DNA of 64,000 nucleotides, from positions 1 to 64,000 of the forward strand of contig CAWEHK010000025.1 in NCBI GenBank assembly GCA_963808625.1. Reading direction: 5' to 3'. The position numbers and the translations under genes were made by a program. The notes below the pieces were generated by a model. The model had not been told where the DNA came from, made no database searches, and saw nothing but the letters and a program-made list of their open reading frames with translations. This DNA comes from an uncultured delta proteobacterium. GTDB taxonomy: Bacteria > Desulfobacterota > Syntrophobacteria > Syntrophobacterales > Syntrophobacteraceae. Below are positions 21,828-32,450 of the stretch, one piece after another. Numbering within the stretch: position 1 is the first letter of the stretch; every line of letters begins with the position of its first letter.

Positions 21828-22755
21828 ATGCGCATCGTACTCATCGGCCAGGCGGCGTTCGGCGCGAAAACCCTCGAAGCCCTGTTGTCGCGAGGGGAAG
21901 AGATCGCTGCCGTGTACACCCGACCGGACGTGCCGGGAGCCAAACCCGACCCCTTGAAGGAGTTGGCCTCATCGCGAGGGATACCGGTATTTCAGCCAGT
22001 CCACGTACAAGAATGACCAGGTATTTGCGCAATATCGGGAGCTCGAACCTGACCTGACGATCCTGGCCTTTGTCACCGACATCATCCCTGCGCCCTACTT
22101 TGAGGCCCCCAGTCGCGGGGCCATTTGCTACCATCCCTCGCTGTTGCCGCGCCACCGCGGGGGAAGCGCCATCAACTGGGCGCTCATCATGGGAGATACC
22201 CGCACCGGCCTCACCATTTTCTGGCCGGACGGCGGCATTGACACCGGCCCCATTCTCCTGCAGAAGGAGATTGCCATCGGCCCAGACGACACGACGGGGT
22301 CCCTTTACTTCAGCCATCTCTTCCCGATGGGGATTGAGGCCATCGTCGAATCGGTCGAGCTGATCAAAGCAAACCGGGCGCCAAGGCTTCCCCAGGATGA
22401 AGCCGACGCGACCTACGAGCCGCTCTGTGACGACCGGGTGGCAGCGATTGACTGGTCAAAGTCCGCGGAGGAGGTCCACAATCTGGTGCGGGGCTGTGAC
22501 CCTCAACCCGGCGCCTATACCTTCTGGAACGACGAGAAAGTGAGGTTTTTCGGAGCGACATTGCAGCGTGAGGCCACAAGCCAGGCGCCCGGCACCATCG
22601 TGGGGATCAGCCAGGAAGGAATCCATGTGGCGCTCACCGGGGGCAGGCTGGTCGTGAGCAGCATGCGCGGGGCAACCGGAGGAAAGGTCTCGGCATTCAC
22701 CTGGAGCGCCGAGAAAGGCCTCAAGGAAGGCGATCGTCTCGGAAAGCCCGCATGA
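21828..22755 (+). CDS. Formyltransferase family protein (Fmt / 10-formyl-THF hydrolase-like); frameshift near 22010
   Basis: YHPSLLPRHRGGSAINW, DGGIDTGP, RGCDPQPGA. Confidence 0.88.
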
Positions 22756-22787
22756 CCAGCGGGCATATTGGTTACGGACAAAAAATT

Positions 22788-22864
22788 CACCGCAGAGACG
22801 CAGAGAGCGCAGAGAAAGATTGCTGCTCTGTATTTTTCTCTGCGTCCTCTGCGTCTCTGCGGTG
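22788..22864. repeat. CACCGCAGAG(A/G)CGCAGAG palindrome family (also 24136..24209, 35501..35578, 36840..36973)
   Basis: Inverted arms built from 8-9 nt CGCAGAG units. Confidence 0.85.
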
Positions 22865-22939
22865 GAAGAGAAGATTTTCAACCTTATGAGGATAACATCA
22901 CTCAGGATCTAACACCATTTTCCATGAAAGGAGTACAAT

Positions 22940-23593
22940 ATGGACAAACCAATCGAGCATTACTGGCACCGGCGCTTGGCTGATCTCAAAAAGGCCCTCG
23001 AAGCGAACAATTTTGAAGTGTTTCTTGCAGAGAACGCGGCAGAAGCTCATAAGATCTTACTGGAGGAGATTTTGCCCAAGCTCGAAGCAAAAAGCATTGC
23101 CTGGGGTGGATCGCTGACTTTTGGGGCCACCGGGCTTTACGAGGTGCTGAAGAACAATCCCGACCTGGAAGTGATCGATACCTATGATCGCACCATCCCG
23201 GCTGAGGAGGTCCTCGCGCGCAGGAGAAGAGCCCTGCTCGTGGACCTCTTTATCACGGGGACGAACGCCGTTACGGAAACCGGCGAATTGGTCAATCTCG
23301 ACATGATCGGCAATCGTGCTGCCGCCATTGTCTTCGGCCCGAAGAACGTGATCGTGTTCGTTGGGCGAAACAAGATGGTTACCGACCTGGATGAGGCCAT
23401 GTTCCGGGTGAAAAACTATGCGGCGCCGGTAAACGCCATGCGCCTGGACAAAAAAACGCCGTGCGTCGAGACTGCCTACTGTGAGGACTGCAAGAGCCCC
23501 GACCGTATCTGCAATGCCTGGTCCATTGTCGAGAAGTCATTTCCCAAAGGCCGGATAAAAGTAGTCTTGATCAATGAGAACCTGGGGTTTTGA
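22940..23593 (+). CDS. LUD-domain (lactate utilization B/C-like) protein
   Basis: GGSLT, GTNAVT, NLDMIGNR, GRNK, Cys-rich C-terminus. Confidence 0.85.
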   Translation: MDKPIEHYWHRRLADLKKALEANNFEVFLAENAAEAHKILLEEILPKLEAKSIAWGGSLTFGATGLYEVLKNNPDLEVIDTYDRTIPAEEVLARRRRALLVDLFITGTNAVTETGELVNLDMIGNRAAAIVFGPKNVIVFVGRNKMVTDLDEAMFRVKNYAAPVNAMRLDKKTPCVETAYCEDCKSPDRICNAWSIVEKSFPKGRIKVVLINENLGF

Positions 23594-23602
23594 TAACGAC
23601 CG

Positions 23603-24119
23603 ATGATGCGCCGCCCGTCAATCGCCCCAAGCACCGTGGTGCTGAAAGCAATCGGGAAGAGTTTTGCCGTTCATTACACGAATGGAAGAGCAAGCGGCTT
23701 GCAGTTGACCCAGCCCACCCATTCGGACCTTGAGCTGCATGGCAGGGTGAGCAACCAGAAAGGGATGCCTGGCCCTGCTGCGCTGGTGGTTACAGCGGCA
23801 GGGCCGGTTGCATCTCGTGCCATGGACCGAACGGATCGGCCTTGAGACGGGACTCACTTTTAAGGCCATCCAGGTGCGCGGTCAGAAGACCAGGTGGGGT
23901 AGTTGTTCAAGCAAGGGAACGATCAGCCTCAACTACAAGCTGCTCTTTCTGCCCTCACACCTGGTGCGCTACATCATCCTGCACGAGCTTTGCCATACGG
24001 TGCATCTCAACCATTCCCGGGACTTCTGGTCGTTTCTGTCATCTTTCGAACCCGACTGCAGAATGCTGAGCAACGAGATGAAGGAAGCAGGTCAGCTCGT
24101 TCCCCGTTGGGTGAGCTGA
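23603..24119 (+). pseudogene. YgjP/M48-like metallopeptidase, fragmentary
   Basis: KTRWGSCS, YIILHELCH, NHSRDFW; N-terminus broken or shortened. Confidence 0.75.
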
Positions 24120-24269
24120 GGATGAAATTCTCTCTCACCGCAGAGGCGCAGAGGACGCAGAGAATTCATCTTGGTGGCCTTCCTCTGCGCTCTCTGCGTC
24201 TCTGCGGTAAGTTTCCAAAACCGTCAAAGCCAAGGATCGCAGCCTGAACGGGCATAATAGAGGGAGCGC

Positions 24270-25139
24270 ATGGTAAAGAATACATTCTGCCATATCCCAG
24301 GTATTGGGGCCCGCACGGAGCAGCAGTTCTGGGACCTGGGAATCCATTCCTGGGACGACTTCGATGAGTCCAGGCGCGAGCGCCTGCCCCTCGGCCGCCG
24401 GCGAATCCGCAACATCAGTCATTACCTTGATCAGTCCTTCGCCCGGCTCCAAGCCAACGACCCCAACTATTTCGGGAACCTGCTGCCTTCCGATCAGCAC
24501 TGGCGGCTTTTTCGAGACTTTCGCGACGGGGTTGCCTACCTCGACATCGAAACGACGGGAATGGGGACGCCGGAGGATACCATCACCACGATCGCCCTGT
24601 ACGATGGCAAGACCATCTTCTGGTATGTTCAGGGTGAAAATCTTGAACAGTTTGCAGACGACATCCGGAACTATCGGCTCCTTATCACCTACAACGGCAA
24701 GTGCTTCGATCTCCCGTTTATCAGGAACACCCTGAGGGTCCGCATGGATCAGGCGCATATCGATCTGCGGTATGTTTTGGCGAGCCAGGGATATCGCGGG
24801 GGACTGAAAGGATGTGAACGGCAACTGGGGATCGATCGGGAAGAACTGGATGGGGTTGACGGCTTTTTCGCGGTTCTGCTCTGGGACGAGTTCCGCCGAA
24901 ATCACAACCGGCGCGCGCTGGAGACCCTGCTGGCTTATAACATCCTCGACGTGGTCAACCTCGAAACCCTTATGGTTCTGTCCTACAACATGAAGTTGGC
25001 TCAGACCCCCTTCGCACAAACGCACAGGCTGCCCATGCCGTCGCCTCCGCCCGGTCCTTTCGTTCCGGACCGGCCTACCGTCGAGCGAATACAAGCCAGG
25101 CTTCACACGATGAACTATTTCCATCGCGGTTATGCATGA
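24270..25139 (+). CDS. YprB-like RNase H-fold exonuclease domain protein
   Basis: LDIETTG, TYNGKCFDLP, HIDL, GGLK, YNILD. Confidence 0.88.
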   Translation: MVKNTFCHIPGIGARTEQQFWDLGIHSWDDFDESRRERLPLGRRRIRNISHYLDQSFARLQANDPNYFGNLLPSDQHWRLFRDFRDGVAYLDIETTGMGTPEDTITTIALYDGKTIFWYVQGENLEQFADDIRNYRLLITYNGKCFDLPFIRNTLRVRMDQAHIDLRYVLASQGYRGGLKGCERQLGIDREELDGVDGFFAVLLWDEFRRNHNRRALETLLAYNILDVVNLETLMVLSYNMKLAQTPFAQTHRLPMPSPPPGPFVPDRPTVERIQARLHTMNYFHRGYA

Positions 25140-25215
25140 GGCGCCTCCTGGCTGGTATCAACCCCGGTCAGGATTTGTCTAAATTGAGCGATTCTTATTC
25201 GATGAACCCTCGTCC

Positions 25216-25286
25216 GTCATTCCTGCGAAAGCAGGAATCCAGGAAATTTGAGTCACCAACGGGATGCCGGCTTTCGCCGGTATGAC
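25216..25286. repeat. GTCATTCC..GGAATCCAG REP-like family (about 11 loci, e.g. 3112, 5442, 20385, 31594, 31814, 34482, 39649, 40928, 44019, 54620)
   Basis: Recurrent paired palindromes GTCAT(T/A)CC(C/G)GC..GC(G/C)GG(A/T)ATCCAG and their inverse. Confidence 0.85.
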
Positions 25287-25323
25287 GAAGGGTTGCCGTT
25301 GAGTTCGCTCAATTTGGGATTGC

Positions 25324-26705
25324 TCATTGGTTGACGCGGCGTGCCTGCCGGGCGAGCTCTTTGAGGTGCAGCAGGTCCTCGTAGGAAAAATCCGGCCGGC
25401 GGCAGGCGAAGAAAGTATTGTTGTGGTACAGCGGTTCACCGGCAAGGTCGAAGGGACTCAACGCCACCGCATCATCCCACATTTTCGTCCCCGGAATCGG
25501 GGAATACTCCGCAATATACGGCAGAGCTCCGGTCTTTGCGACCACCCGGATCGCTTCGGCAACTTCCTCGGGGGTCTGCCCGGGAAGACCGCACAGGAGA
25601 TAGACGCCGATCTGATCTGACGAAAAACCGGCACGCGATAAGATGCTCAACGGCGGCGACAAACATTTCGGTTTTGACTTTGCCGCCCCACTCTTTTTGG
25701 TTGGCCGGCTGAGTTGTCTCGAGTCCCAGGCGGATGGTTGTAAAACCGCATTCGTAGAGCAACCGACAGCACTCCGCCGTCAGCGCACGGATGTGGACGG
25801 CATTGGGCGTATGGAAGCGAAGGCCGGGAAGTTCTTCCGACGATCCTTCTCAAGGCCGGCTCGACACTGCTTTCCGCCTGGATCAGCAAGGCATCATCGT
25901 AAAAGGCAAAGTCAACCACCCCGTATTCTCGATGCCATCGGCAGATTTCCTCAAAGATTGCGTCCGCGCTGCGCCTCTCCCATGTTGGCTGCAGGATTCC
26001 CGAGGCACAGTAAGGGCACTTGAACATACATCCCTGACCGGTCAGCAAGGGGGCGTAGGTCAGCTTGGAGAGAAGCTCCAATGCCGGCGAGGGAAATAGT
26101 TCGAAGCGCGTCCATTGATGCCTGTTTTTCAACGAAAAACCCGTTTTCGCCGCGATTTTGTCCGGCAATTCACGGAGGGGAAGCGTAACCACCTCCGTGG
26201 CGCCGCTCGTCTCCCGCGCATGTTGCGGGCAGAGCTGAGCATAGATCCCCCCCAGCCAGATGGGCGTATCGGGAAAGACCTCCCGGATCACCTCAATGGT
26301 CTGCCGGATGCCCGGATACCAGTAAGTCATGGTTGAGGTCACGCAGATCAGGTCGGGTTTTTCAACGGCCTCGAGTTTCCGGCGGAGACTCTCCGGATGA
26401 ATGCCATGGCGATAGTAGTGCCGCGGAATTTCCGCATAGGCTTCCGGTTTGGGAAGGAGCATCTTGGGGTATTTGCCGGTGCCGTATCGGCGCTGGACCC
26501 CGGGGATGACTTCAGGATGGCTATTGGTAAAAGCATCATGCCGATCAACGCAGTCGATGAGGGCAATGCCGCACCCTCCCGCGCGAAGCAGTGCTCCGAG
26601 CAGGAGCAGACCCAAAGGCCTGGCCCAGAAGTCATACGCGGCAAAATCGGTAATCCAGGGATTTACCAGAAGAATAAACGGGGCCTTCGGCATGGACACC
26701 ATCAT
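25324..26705 (-). CDS. B12-binding-domain radical SAM protein (frameshifted)
   Basis: DFAAYDFWARPLG, TYWYPG, CMFKCPYC, RLGLET. Confidence 0.85.
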
Positions 26706-26723
26706 TCATCCATCGAACAAAAG

Positions 26724-27605
26724 TTACGCTTTTGCCCCAGCGAATTGTTTCTCCCGTTCGCGGATGGCGCGAGCCCCAATGAACTCAAAGTAATCATCGA
26801 AGGTCAGCATGTGGTCAAGATAAGCTGCCGTGCTGCCGTGTTCTTTCAGGTGGCGCGCCCAGTCCTGCAACGCCTTTACCGCGGTGAAGACCGACCCGCA
26901 GGGATGGGCAACCACGCTGTAACCCAGATCCTGAAGATCCTTTGCGCGAAGAAGAGGCGTCTTCCCGCCTTCGACCATGTTCGCCATGCTCGGGGTCTTC
27001 ACCTCGGCCAAGGCCGTATTGACGCTTCTCATCTCCTCCACAGTATGCACTGCTTCCACAAAAACCATGTCGGCTCCCGTCCGGGCATAGAGCACGGCCC
27101 TGCGAAGGGCCTCTTCGATGCCATGTACGGCGTAAGCGTCGGTGCGGGCCGTGATCACAAAATCCGGGTCTTCCCTGGCCCAAAGAGCGGCCTTCAGCTT
27201 CGGGAGGTATTCCTCCACCGAGACGACACTTTTCCCGCCCATGTGGCCGCACCGTTTGGGGTAGGTCTGGTCCTCGATGAAAAGCCCGGCGACCCCGGCC
27301 TTTTCACAGTCTTTCACGGCGCGGATGACGTTGTTCACATCTCCGAAACCGGTGTCGATATCGACAAAAACAGGGACCTCCACAGCACGGCAGATGTTCC
27401 GATATTGCGTGATCATTTCCGAGCCGGTCAGGACGGCGATGTCCGGCATCCCGAGCAGGCTGCCGGAAAGCCCATAACCGGCAGCCGCAATGGCCTTGAA
27501 TCCGGCCTGCTCTAACACCCTGGCGGAAAGGCCATCATGGCAGCACGGCAATTGCAGGATTTCTGCATCATGAATCAGTTGCCGAAATACTGTCGTTTTT
27601 TTCAT
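26724..27605 (-). CDS. Isocitrate lyase/PEP mutase family enzyme
   Basis: DIDTGFG, IEDQ..PKRCGH, ARTDA, NMVEGGKTP. Confidence 0.92.
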   Translation of the reverse strand: MKKTTVFRQLIHDAEILQLPCCHDGLSARVLEQAGFKAIAAAGYGLSGSLLGMPDIAVLTGSEMITQYRNICRAVEVPVFVDIDTGFGDVNNVIRAVKDCEKAGVAGLFIEDQTYPKRCGHMGGKSVVSVEEYLPKLKAALWAREDPDFVITARTDAYAVHGIEEALRRAVLYARTGADMVFVEAVHTVEEMRSVNTALAEVKTPSMANMVEGGKTPLLRAKDLQDLGYSVVAHPCGSVFTAVKALQDWARHLKEHGSTAAYLDHMLTFDDYFEFIGARAIREREKQFAGAKA

Positions 27606-27621
27606 CGTCTTTATTCTTTCT

Positions 27622-27683
27622 GCCCAACGACAGCTATCCGGCACGCAGCTTTTTTGGACGGCCGGTTCCGCGCTTGGTTGGGC
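27622..27683 (-). other. attC-like site after the HTH antitoxin
   Basis: Minus strand GCCCAAC...GAACCGGC...GCCGGATA...GTTGGGC; 62 bp; complementary R''/R' boxes. Confidence 0.6.
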
Positions 27684-27993
27684 AAGAATTAGGAACCAAC
27701 TTGATTTCCAGATGACAACCGACAGCCTGAGCGTACTTTCTAAGGGTCGTCAGAGACGGAGCGTGCTTTCCCATAGCTTCCAGGCGTGAAATTGCGCTCT
27801 TTGTCGTCCCCATCAATTCAGCAACCGCCTCTTGAGTGAGGCCGGACTTTGAACGGGCCGCAAGCATCTCGCGGACAAGGCTATATTCTTCCTCCAAGTC
27901 TTCGTATGCCTTACGGAATCCTTCCCGCTTTTGGGCATTCTTGAGAAATGCCTCGTGGTCATGGCAAACAGGCGCATATCTCAATTCAGCCAT
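27634..27993 (-). CDS. HigA-like XRE-HTH antitoxin
   Basis: GLTQEAVAELMGTTKSAISRLE HTH; overlaps the upstream toxin. Confidence 0.88.
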   Translation of the reverse strand: MAELRYAPVCHDHEAFLKNAQKREGFRKAYEDLEEEYSLVREMLAARSKSGLTQEAVAELMGTTKSAISRLEAMGKHAPSLTTLRKYAQAVGCHLEIKLVPNSCPTKRGTGRPKKLRAG

Positions 27994-28313
27994 TCTGCAC
28001 CTCCTTCATCCTTTTCCTGGCTATCCTCAATTCTTGCTCCGGAGTAATCTCGTGTCTTCTTGAAGAACGCATGAAGGATCACGACACGTTGACCGGCGAC
28101 AAAACAGTAAAGCGCCCTTCCAATGCCTTCCCGCCCGCGCGGCCTTAACTCGAATAGTCCGCCCCCCATGGCCCGTGAATGCGGCATGCGTAAATTTGGC
28201 CCGAACTCCATCAACAGCTCAACCATCCGTGCATAATCGGCCAATACGCCGTCAGGCCAACTTTCGATTTCCGCCTTAACGCGCGAATGAAAATAGTCGA
28301 CAGAGTAGCTCAT
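27981..28313 (-). CDS. RelE/HigB (Gp49-like) toxin; probable frameshift near the 3' end
   Basis: MPHSRAMGGGLFELRP...LHAFFKKT. Confidence 0.88.
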   Translation of the reverse strand: MSYSVDYFHSRVKAEIESWPDGVLADYARMVELLMEFGPNLRMPHSRAMGGGLFELRPRGREGIGRALYCFVAGQRVVILHAFFKKTRDYSGARIEDSQEKDEGGAEWLN

Positions 28314-28324
28314 CGCCAATAAAG

Positions 28325-28342
28325 GTTAGCATATCCGCTAAC
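28325..28342. promoter_or_regulatory. Palindromic operator of the higBA-like operon
   Basis: GTTAGC-ATATCC-GCTAAC just upstream of the toxin start. Confidence 0.6.
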
Positions 28343-28430
28343 ACCCATCAACTGTGTTTTGCAGAATTCGGGCATTCTGACCATCGCCTCGAACCAAAGG
28401 GCAACGCAAGGAACATGCAGATCCGTCTGC

Positions 28431-29297
28431 TCAGACCCGCGCATTCATCACGTGGGTGAAGCCGCCGACTCGCAACTTGTCCGGGCGTCCCTGGAAGTAT
28501 CGGGAATTGATTTCCCCGGGTCCTAAGTCCTCGACCTGTCCGAAGCCCATGGCCCTGAGATCGCACTGAAGCTGGGAAGGATCGAAGAAAGTCTCAAAGG
28601 GCTCACCTGCCAGGCCCACGTGATGCGCCAGGCGATCAAAGGCCAGGCGTGCGGTCGGATTCAGCAACGATGGCGAAATCGTATAATCAAAAACTATTCC
28701 GCTGCCGACCGGCATGGATGCAACGAATCGCAGCGTCGCGGTGACCGCACTGTTCGTTAAATACTGAGTCACCCCAAGCCATGAGAAGAACGTGCCCTTA
28801 CCGGTATCGAAGCCCGCGCGCCGCAGGCCTTCCTCAAGGGTCTGAGTTTCGAAGTCTACGGGTGAAAAAGTGAGTGTTCGGGGGATGGGGATGGCTGCTT
28901 CCTCGAGACGCGTGCGCTTCCAGGTCTGGGTAGCCGGATGGTCCACTTCAAAAACATGGAGAACATCCTCGGGGTATGGGTTCCGGTAGGCGAAGGTGTC
29001 AAGACCTGCGCCGAGCACAACATATTGGCGAACGCCCCGCTTGATGGCGCTATGGAGCTCGTCTTCAGCGAAGCGACTGCGTGCGGCCAGGAAGGCCCGA
29101 AGCCCACACGATAGCGGAGTCTGCTCTGACCACTTCGGATCCGACTGCGCCGTTGAAGCATTCTCCACACCCAAAATGCGAAGTGCCAGGGGATCGTCGA
29201 ATACCTTGGGATCATCCATAATCTGGTGTGCGGCACGGCGCATCGCAACTCGCAGTGCCGTCGTACTGGGGCAGTTCTCTTTCATAGGGTACTCCAA
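28431..29297 (-). CDS. SAM-dependent methyltransferase (leucine carboxyl methyltransferase-like family)
   Basis: TALRVAMRRA, QYVVLGAGLDT, FEVDHP, WLGVTQYL. Confidence 0.9.
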   Translation of the reverse strand: MEYPMKENCPSTTALRVAMRRAAHQIMDDPKVFDDPLALRILGVENASTAQSDPKWSEQTPLSCGLRAFLAARSRFAEDELHSAIKRGVRQYVVLGAGLDTFAYRNPYPEDVLHVFEVDHPATQTWKRTRLEEAAIPIPRTLTFSPVDFETQTLEEGLRRAGFDTGKGTFFSWLGVTQYLTNSAVTATLRFVASMPVGSGIVFDYTISPSLLNPTARLAFDRLAHHVGLAGEPFETFFDPSQLQCDLRAMGFGQVEDLGPGEINSRYFQGRPDKLRVGGFTHVMNARV

Positions 29298-29320
29298 TTC
29301 ATGGACCAGGAGCAGCCGGA

Positions 29321-29418
29321 GGCCAAGGTTAAGCAGCCCGAATCACGCCAGTACTGAGCTTGAAGACACACCACTGAATTTGCGCGGCGTGGTTCGGGTC
29401 CGCTTGAGCCCTTTAGGC
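29321..29418 (-). other. Degenerate attC between mqsA and the methyltransferase
   Basis: Minus strand TCAAGCGGACCCGAACCACGCC...GGCGTGATTCGGGCTGCTTA with two canonical unpaired positions; both R boxes eroded. Confidence 0.55.
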
Positions 29419-29474
29419 GTTTTCAATGTATCCTGTGAGTTCCTTGGGCCTGGCAACGCAGCTTGGAGCGCATA

Positions 29475-29870
29475 TCATACGTTGTGCATTTCCTTTAACA
29501 AGTCTGGATGCCGCTCCAGCAGCTTGAGGAGCTTGACCAATGGTGTGGGTGGACGCGTCTCGCCCCGTTCATAGCGAGAGAAAGCCACTTTGCCCACACC
29601 GAAGGCTTCAGCCAATTGTGCTTGCGTGAGCTTCAAGTTCTTTCGGATACGCCGGATTTCGCCGCTTACATCGCCTTTCACCGCTCGCAGCAGTGCCGCT
29701 TGAGCTTCAGTGTAGCGGCGATAGCTCTCCGTGTCCCATACGCCCTCGCCACAGACTGGACAGAATTCGCCCCGCATCGCGTGAAGTGTTAGCGATTGAC
29801 TACCGTAGGACAGGGTTTCATCCTGGGTCTTTGACACCATTTCCGCGTGGCCGCAAGCCGGACATTTCAT
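29475..29870 (-). CDS. mqsA: MqsA-family antitoxin
   Basis: MKCPACG...CPVCGE zinc finger plus HTH (FSRYERGE). Confidence 0.92.
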   Translation of the reverse strand: MKCPACGHAEMVSKTQDETLSYGSQSLTLHAMRGEFCPVCGEGVWDTESYRRYTEAQAALLRAVKGDVSGEIRRIRKNLKLTQAQLAEAFGVGKVAFSRYERGETRPPTPLVKLLKLLERHPDLLKEMHNV

Positions 29871-29879
29871 GATCGCACC

Positions 29880-30191
29880 TCACTTCGCCTTGAATTGGAT
29901 GACAGGCGCTCGGCCACCAGTGAAGCCAGTGACCTTAATGTAGACGACAATTCCGTCCTCCGTCATGCCGTGATAGACGTCCTGCCACACCTGATGGTCT
30001 GCATGCGAAGTCATCGCCTCGTAAAAATCGCGTCGAGACAGCTTCAACACCACTTGCCGCATCTCCGGTTCTGTCAGGCCCAAAGCGAGTCCATTTCGTA
30101 AAGCTGTCACCGTGAAGGGTTGACTCCCCGGATCGGCCACCAAGGCCTGGACCTCGGATAACTTGTAGTGGGGTTTGCGCTTCTCCATCAC
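29880..30191 (-). CDS. mqsR: MqsR-family toxin
   Basis: MEKRKPHY, DHQVWQDVY, YIK, IQFK. Confidence 0.92.
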   Translation of the reverse strand: MMEKRKPHYKLSEVQALVADPGSQPFTVTALRNGLALGLTEPEMRQVVLKLSRRDFYEAMTSHADHQVWQDVYHGMTEDGIVVYIKVTGFTGGRAPVIQFKAK

Positions 30192-30199
30192 TCATAAAA

Positions 30200-30214
30200 T
30201 AATCAATTTGATTA
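30200..30214. promoter_or_regulatory. Putative MqsA operator
   Basis: TAATCA-ATT-TGATTA palindrome immediately upstream of mqsR. Confidence 0.55.
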
Positions 30215-30501
30215 AATGTATCAAATCGATAATTGCAGTGACCAAATAATCGATGACGAAGAGGACGATAGTGACGGCCTCACATGGCCATCAGCAAGAG
30301 GCGCATTTTGCCGATTTGATGCATGGCATGGTTAGCCTCTGAAGTGCCCGTATCGTATAGTAATAAAAGTGACGTGCACCTTCAGCTTGGATTCGATCCG
30401 CAAACGTATTATATGGTAACGGTCGTTTATCGCCTTTTCGTAGCGGCGGACGGCCTGACAGAGGTTGTACGGCTAAGCGGTTTTCCATCCAGGAGCAAGA
30501 C

Positions 30502-30951
30502 GTGCGGGCAGTAGTGCAGCGGGTGCTGGAAGCGAGCGTTTCTATCAGGGAGAAAACCACCGGCCGGATTGGCAGGGGGATTTTGATCTTCCTTGGAGTT
30601 GGTCAGGAGGACACCCTTGAAGATGCGCGCACCCTGGCGGAAAAGGTTGTCAACCTGCGCATTTTCCCGGACGCGGACGACAAGATGAACCTCTCCGTCC
30701 TGGATGTTGAAGGCGGCGTTCTGGTGATCTCCCAGTTCACTCTCTTCGGGGACTGTCGCAAGGGAAGGCGGCCCTCCTACGCCTCCGCCGCCGCCCCGGA
30801 ACAAGCGAAAATCTTGTATCAAGCGTTTGTGGATGAAGTTCGTCAATACACTCTGTCGGTCGAAACAGGCCAATTTCAGGAAATGATGCAGGTCCATCTG
30901 ATCAACGATGGACCCGTAACTTTGCTCATAGACTCCAAGAAAACATTTTAG
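30502..30951 (+). CDS. dtd: D-aminoacyl-tRNA deacylase
   Basis: RAVVQRV, SQFTL, NDGPVT. Confidence 0.97.
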   Translation: MRAVVQRVLEASVSIREKTTGRIGRGILIFLGVGQEDTLEDARTLAEKVVNLRIFPDADDKMNLSVLDVEGGVLVISQFTLFGDCRKGRRPSYASAAAPEQAKILYQAFVDEVRQYTLSVETGQFQEMMQVHLINDGPVTLLIDSKKTF

Positions 30952-30969
30952 CGGCGCCAAGAGGTTAAG

Positions 30970-31492
30970 GTGGACCCCAAAAACATACCGTGCAGATTCC
31001 GAAAAACCCCCGGAGCGCATCCTTTCTTCCGGTATCACCGTGGATCGGGAAGGGGATTGGTATTACCAGGATGCCAAGATCATCCGCCAGGACATTCTCG
31101 AACTCTTTCTTTCAAACCTCCACCTATCTTCCGGCGGCGACTTTCTGATTGCCTGGCGGGGACAACGTTGCGCCCTGGAAGTGGCCGACACGCCGTTTGT
31201 CGTCGCAAGGGTTGACCGCGTCACCTCGGAAGAGACGAAACACGAGGTGATCCTGATCCAGCTGAAGCATCTTCCGGTTCCGGAAGTGCTTGACCCTTCT
31301 ACGTTCCACGTGGGCGAAGGCAACATTCCTTATTGCTCGATTCGAAACGGTAAATTTCGCGCCCGGTTTTCCCGCCCCGCCTATTACCAGCTGGCGGCAT
31401 GGATTGAATGTGATCCGGATACGGGTACATTTTACCTCGAACTGAACGGCAACCGCTATCCGATCACGATCGGCAGAGCCATTGCCACCTGA
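30970..31492 (+). CDS. DUF1285-like hypothetical protein (possible 5' frameshift)
   Basis: DREGDWYY, VADTPFVV, ARFSRPAYYQL. Confidence 0.65.
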
Positions 31493-31988
31493 AGACGACG
31501 TTTGCCAGTGAGCACAGCGGGGCGCCTTCCGCTCCTGATCGCTGCGCAACCCTCAGCACAGCACGGCAGAATAAAGCGATCATATTCCTGCCGCGTCATC
31601 CCGGTGAACACCGGAATCCAGAAAGATTGCCTGGATACCGGCTAAGATCGCCGGGCATGACATTTATCACTTCGGACAGTTCATTTATGCGGAGCTGTAC
31701 TCGGCACTTTTCCATCGAGTTATTTTTTGGTTGTTACCCATCGCCAAGGTAAGGTAATTTGACCTGAGTTTCCGGATTTCAGAAGGTTCGGTTTATTTAT
31801 GTGAAATTGCTCCCGTCATACCGGCGTAAGCCGGTATCCAGGCTCATTCTTTTGGATTCCGGTTTACGCCGGAATGACGCAGAGGACTTTCATGCTTTGT
31901 TGTGACCCGCTGGGTCATGGAGGTTAGCTGTTTTTTGAGATTTGAGCAGAGTACATTGCAGATTCCTTTAACCATTCGAGGAGGGACT

Positions 31989-32396
31989 ATGAGTTCACCG
32001 TTTCAACCCGGCATGACCCATGAACTGAAGGTGAAGACCAAGCCCGAAGATTCCGCGCAGAAGTTCTATCCCCACCTTCCCGACGTTTTTGCCACGCCGT
32101 TTCTGGCAGGCCTGATGGAGAGGGTTTCGGCCGAGCTCATCAACATGCACCTGCAGCCCGGCGAACAGTCGGTCGGGATCTCGATGGACTTGAAGCACAT
32201 GGCGGCCACGCCCCTGGGCATGGAGGTCCAAGTCAAGACGGAAGTGACTGCGGTCGAAGGCAAGAAGTTGACTTTCCGCCTCGAAGCCTTCGATGAAGTG
32301 GAAAAGATCGGCGAAGCCACCCATGAGCGTTTCGTTATCCAGGCCGACAAGTTCAATTCACGAGTTGCTCAAAAAGCAAAGAAAATGGCATCTTAA
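31989..32396 (+). CDS. FlK-like hot-dog thioesterase
   Basis: VFATP..LME, SVG, HMAATPLG, GEATHERF. Confidence 0.88.
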   Translation: MSSPFQPGMTHELKVKTKPEDSAQKFYPHLPDVFATPFLAGLMERVSAELINMHLQPGEQSVGISMDLKHMAATPLGMEVQVKTEVTAVEGKKLTFRLEAFDEVEKIGEATHERFVIQADKFNSRVAQKAKKMAS

Positions 32397-32450
32397 GGGA
32401 TGGGTCAACCTTTTTCGATATTTTGGCCATGACGGCGGGAGGTCTGTGTT

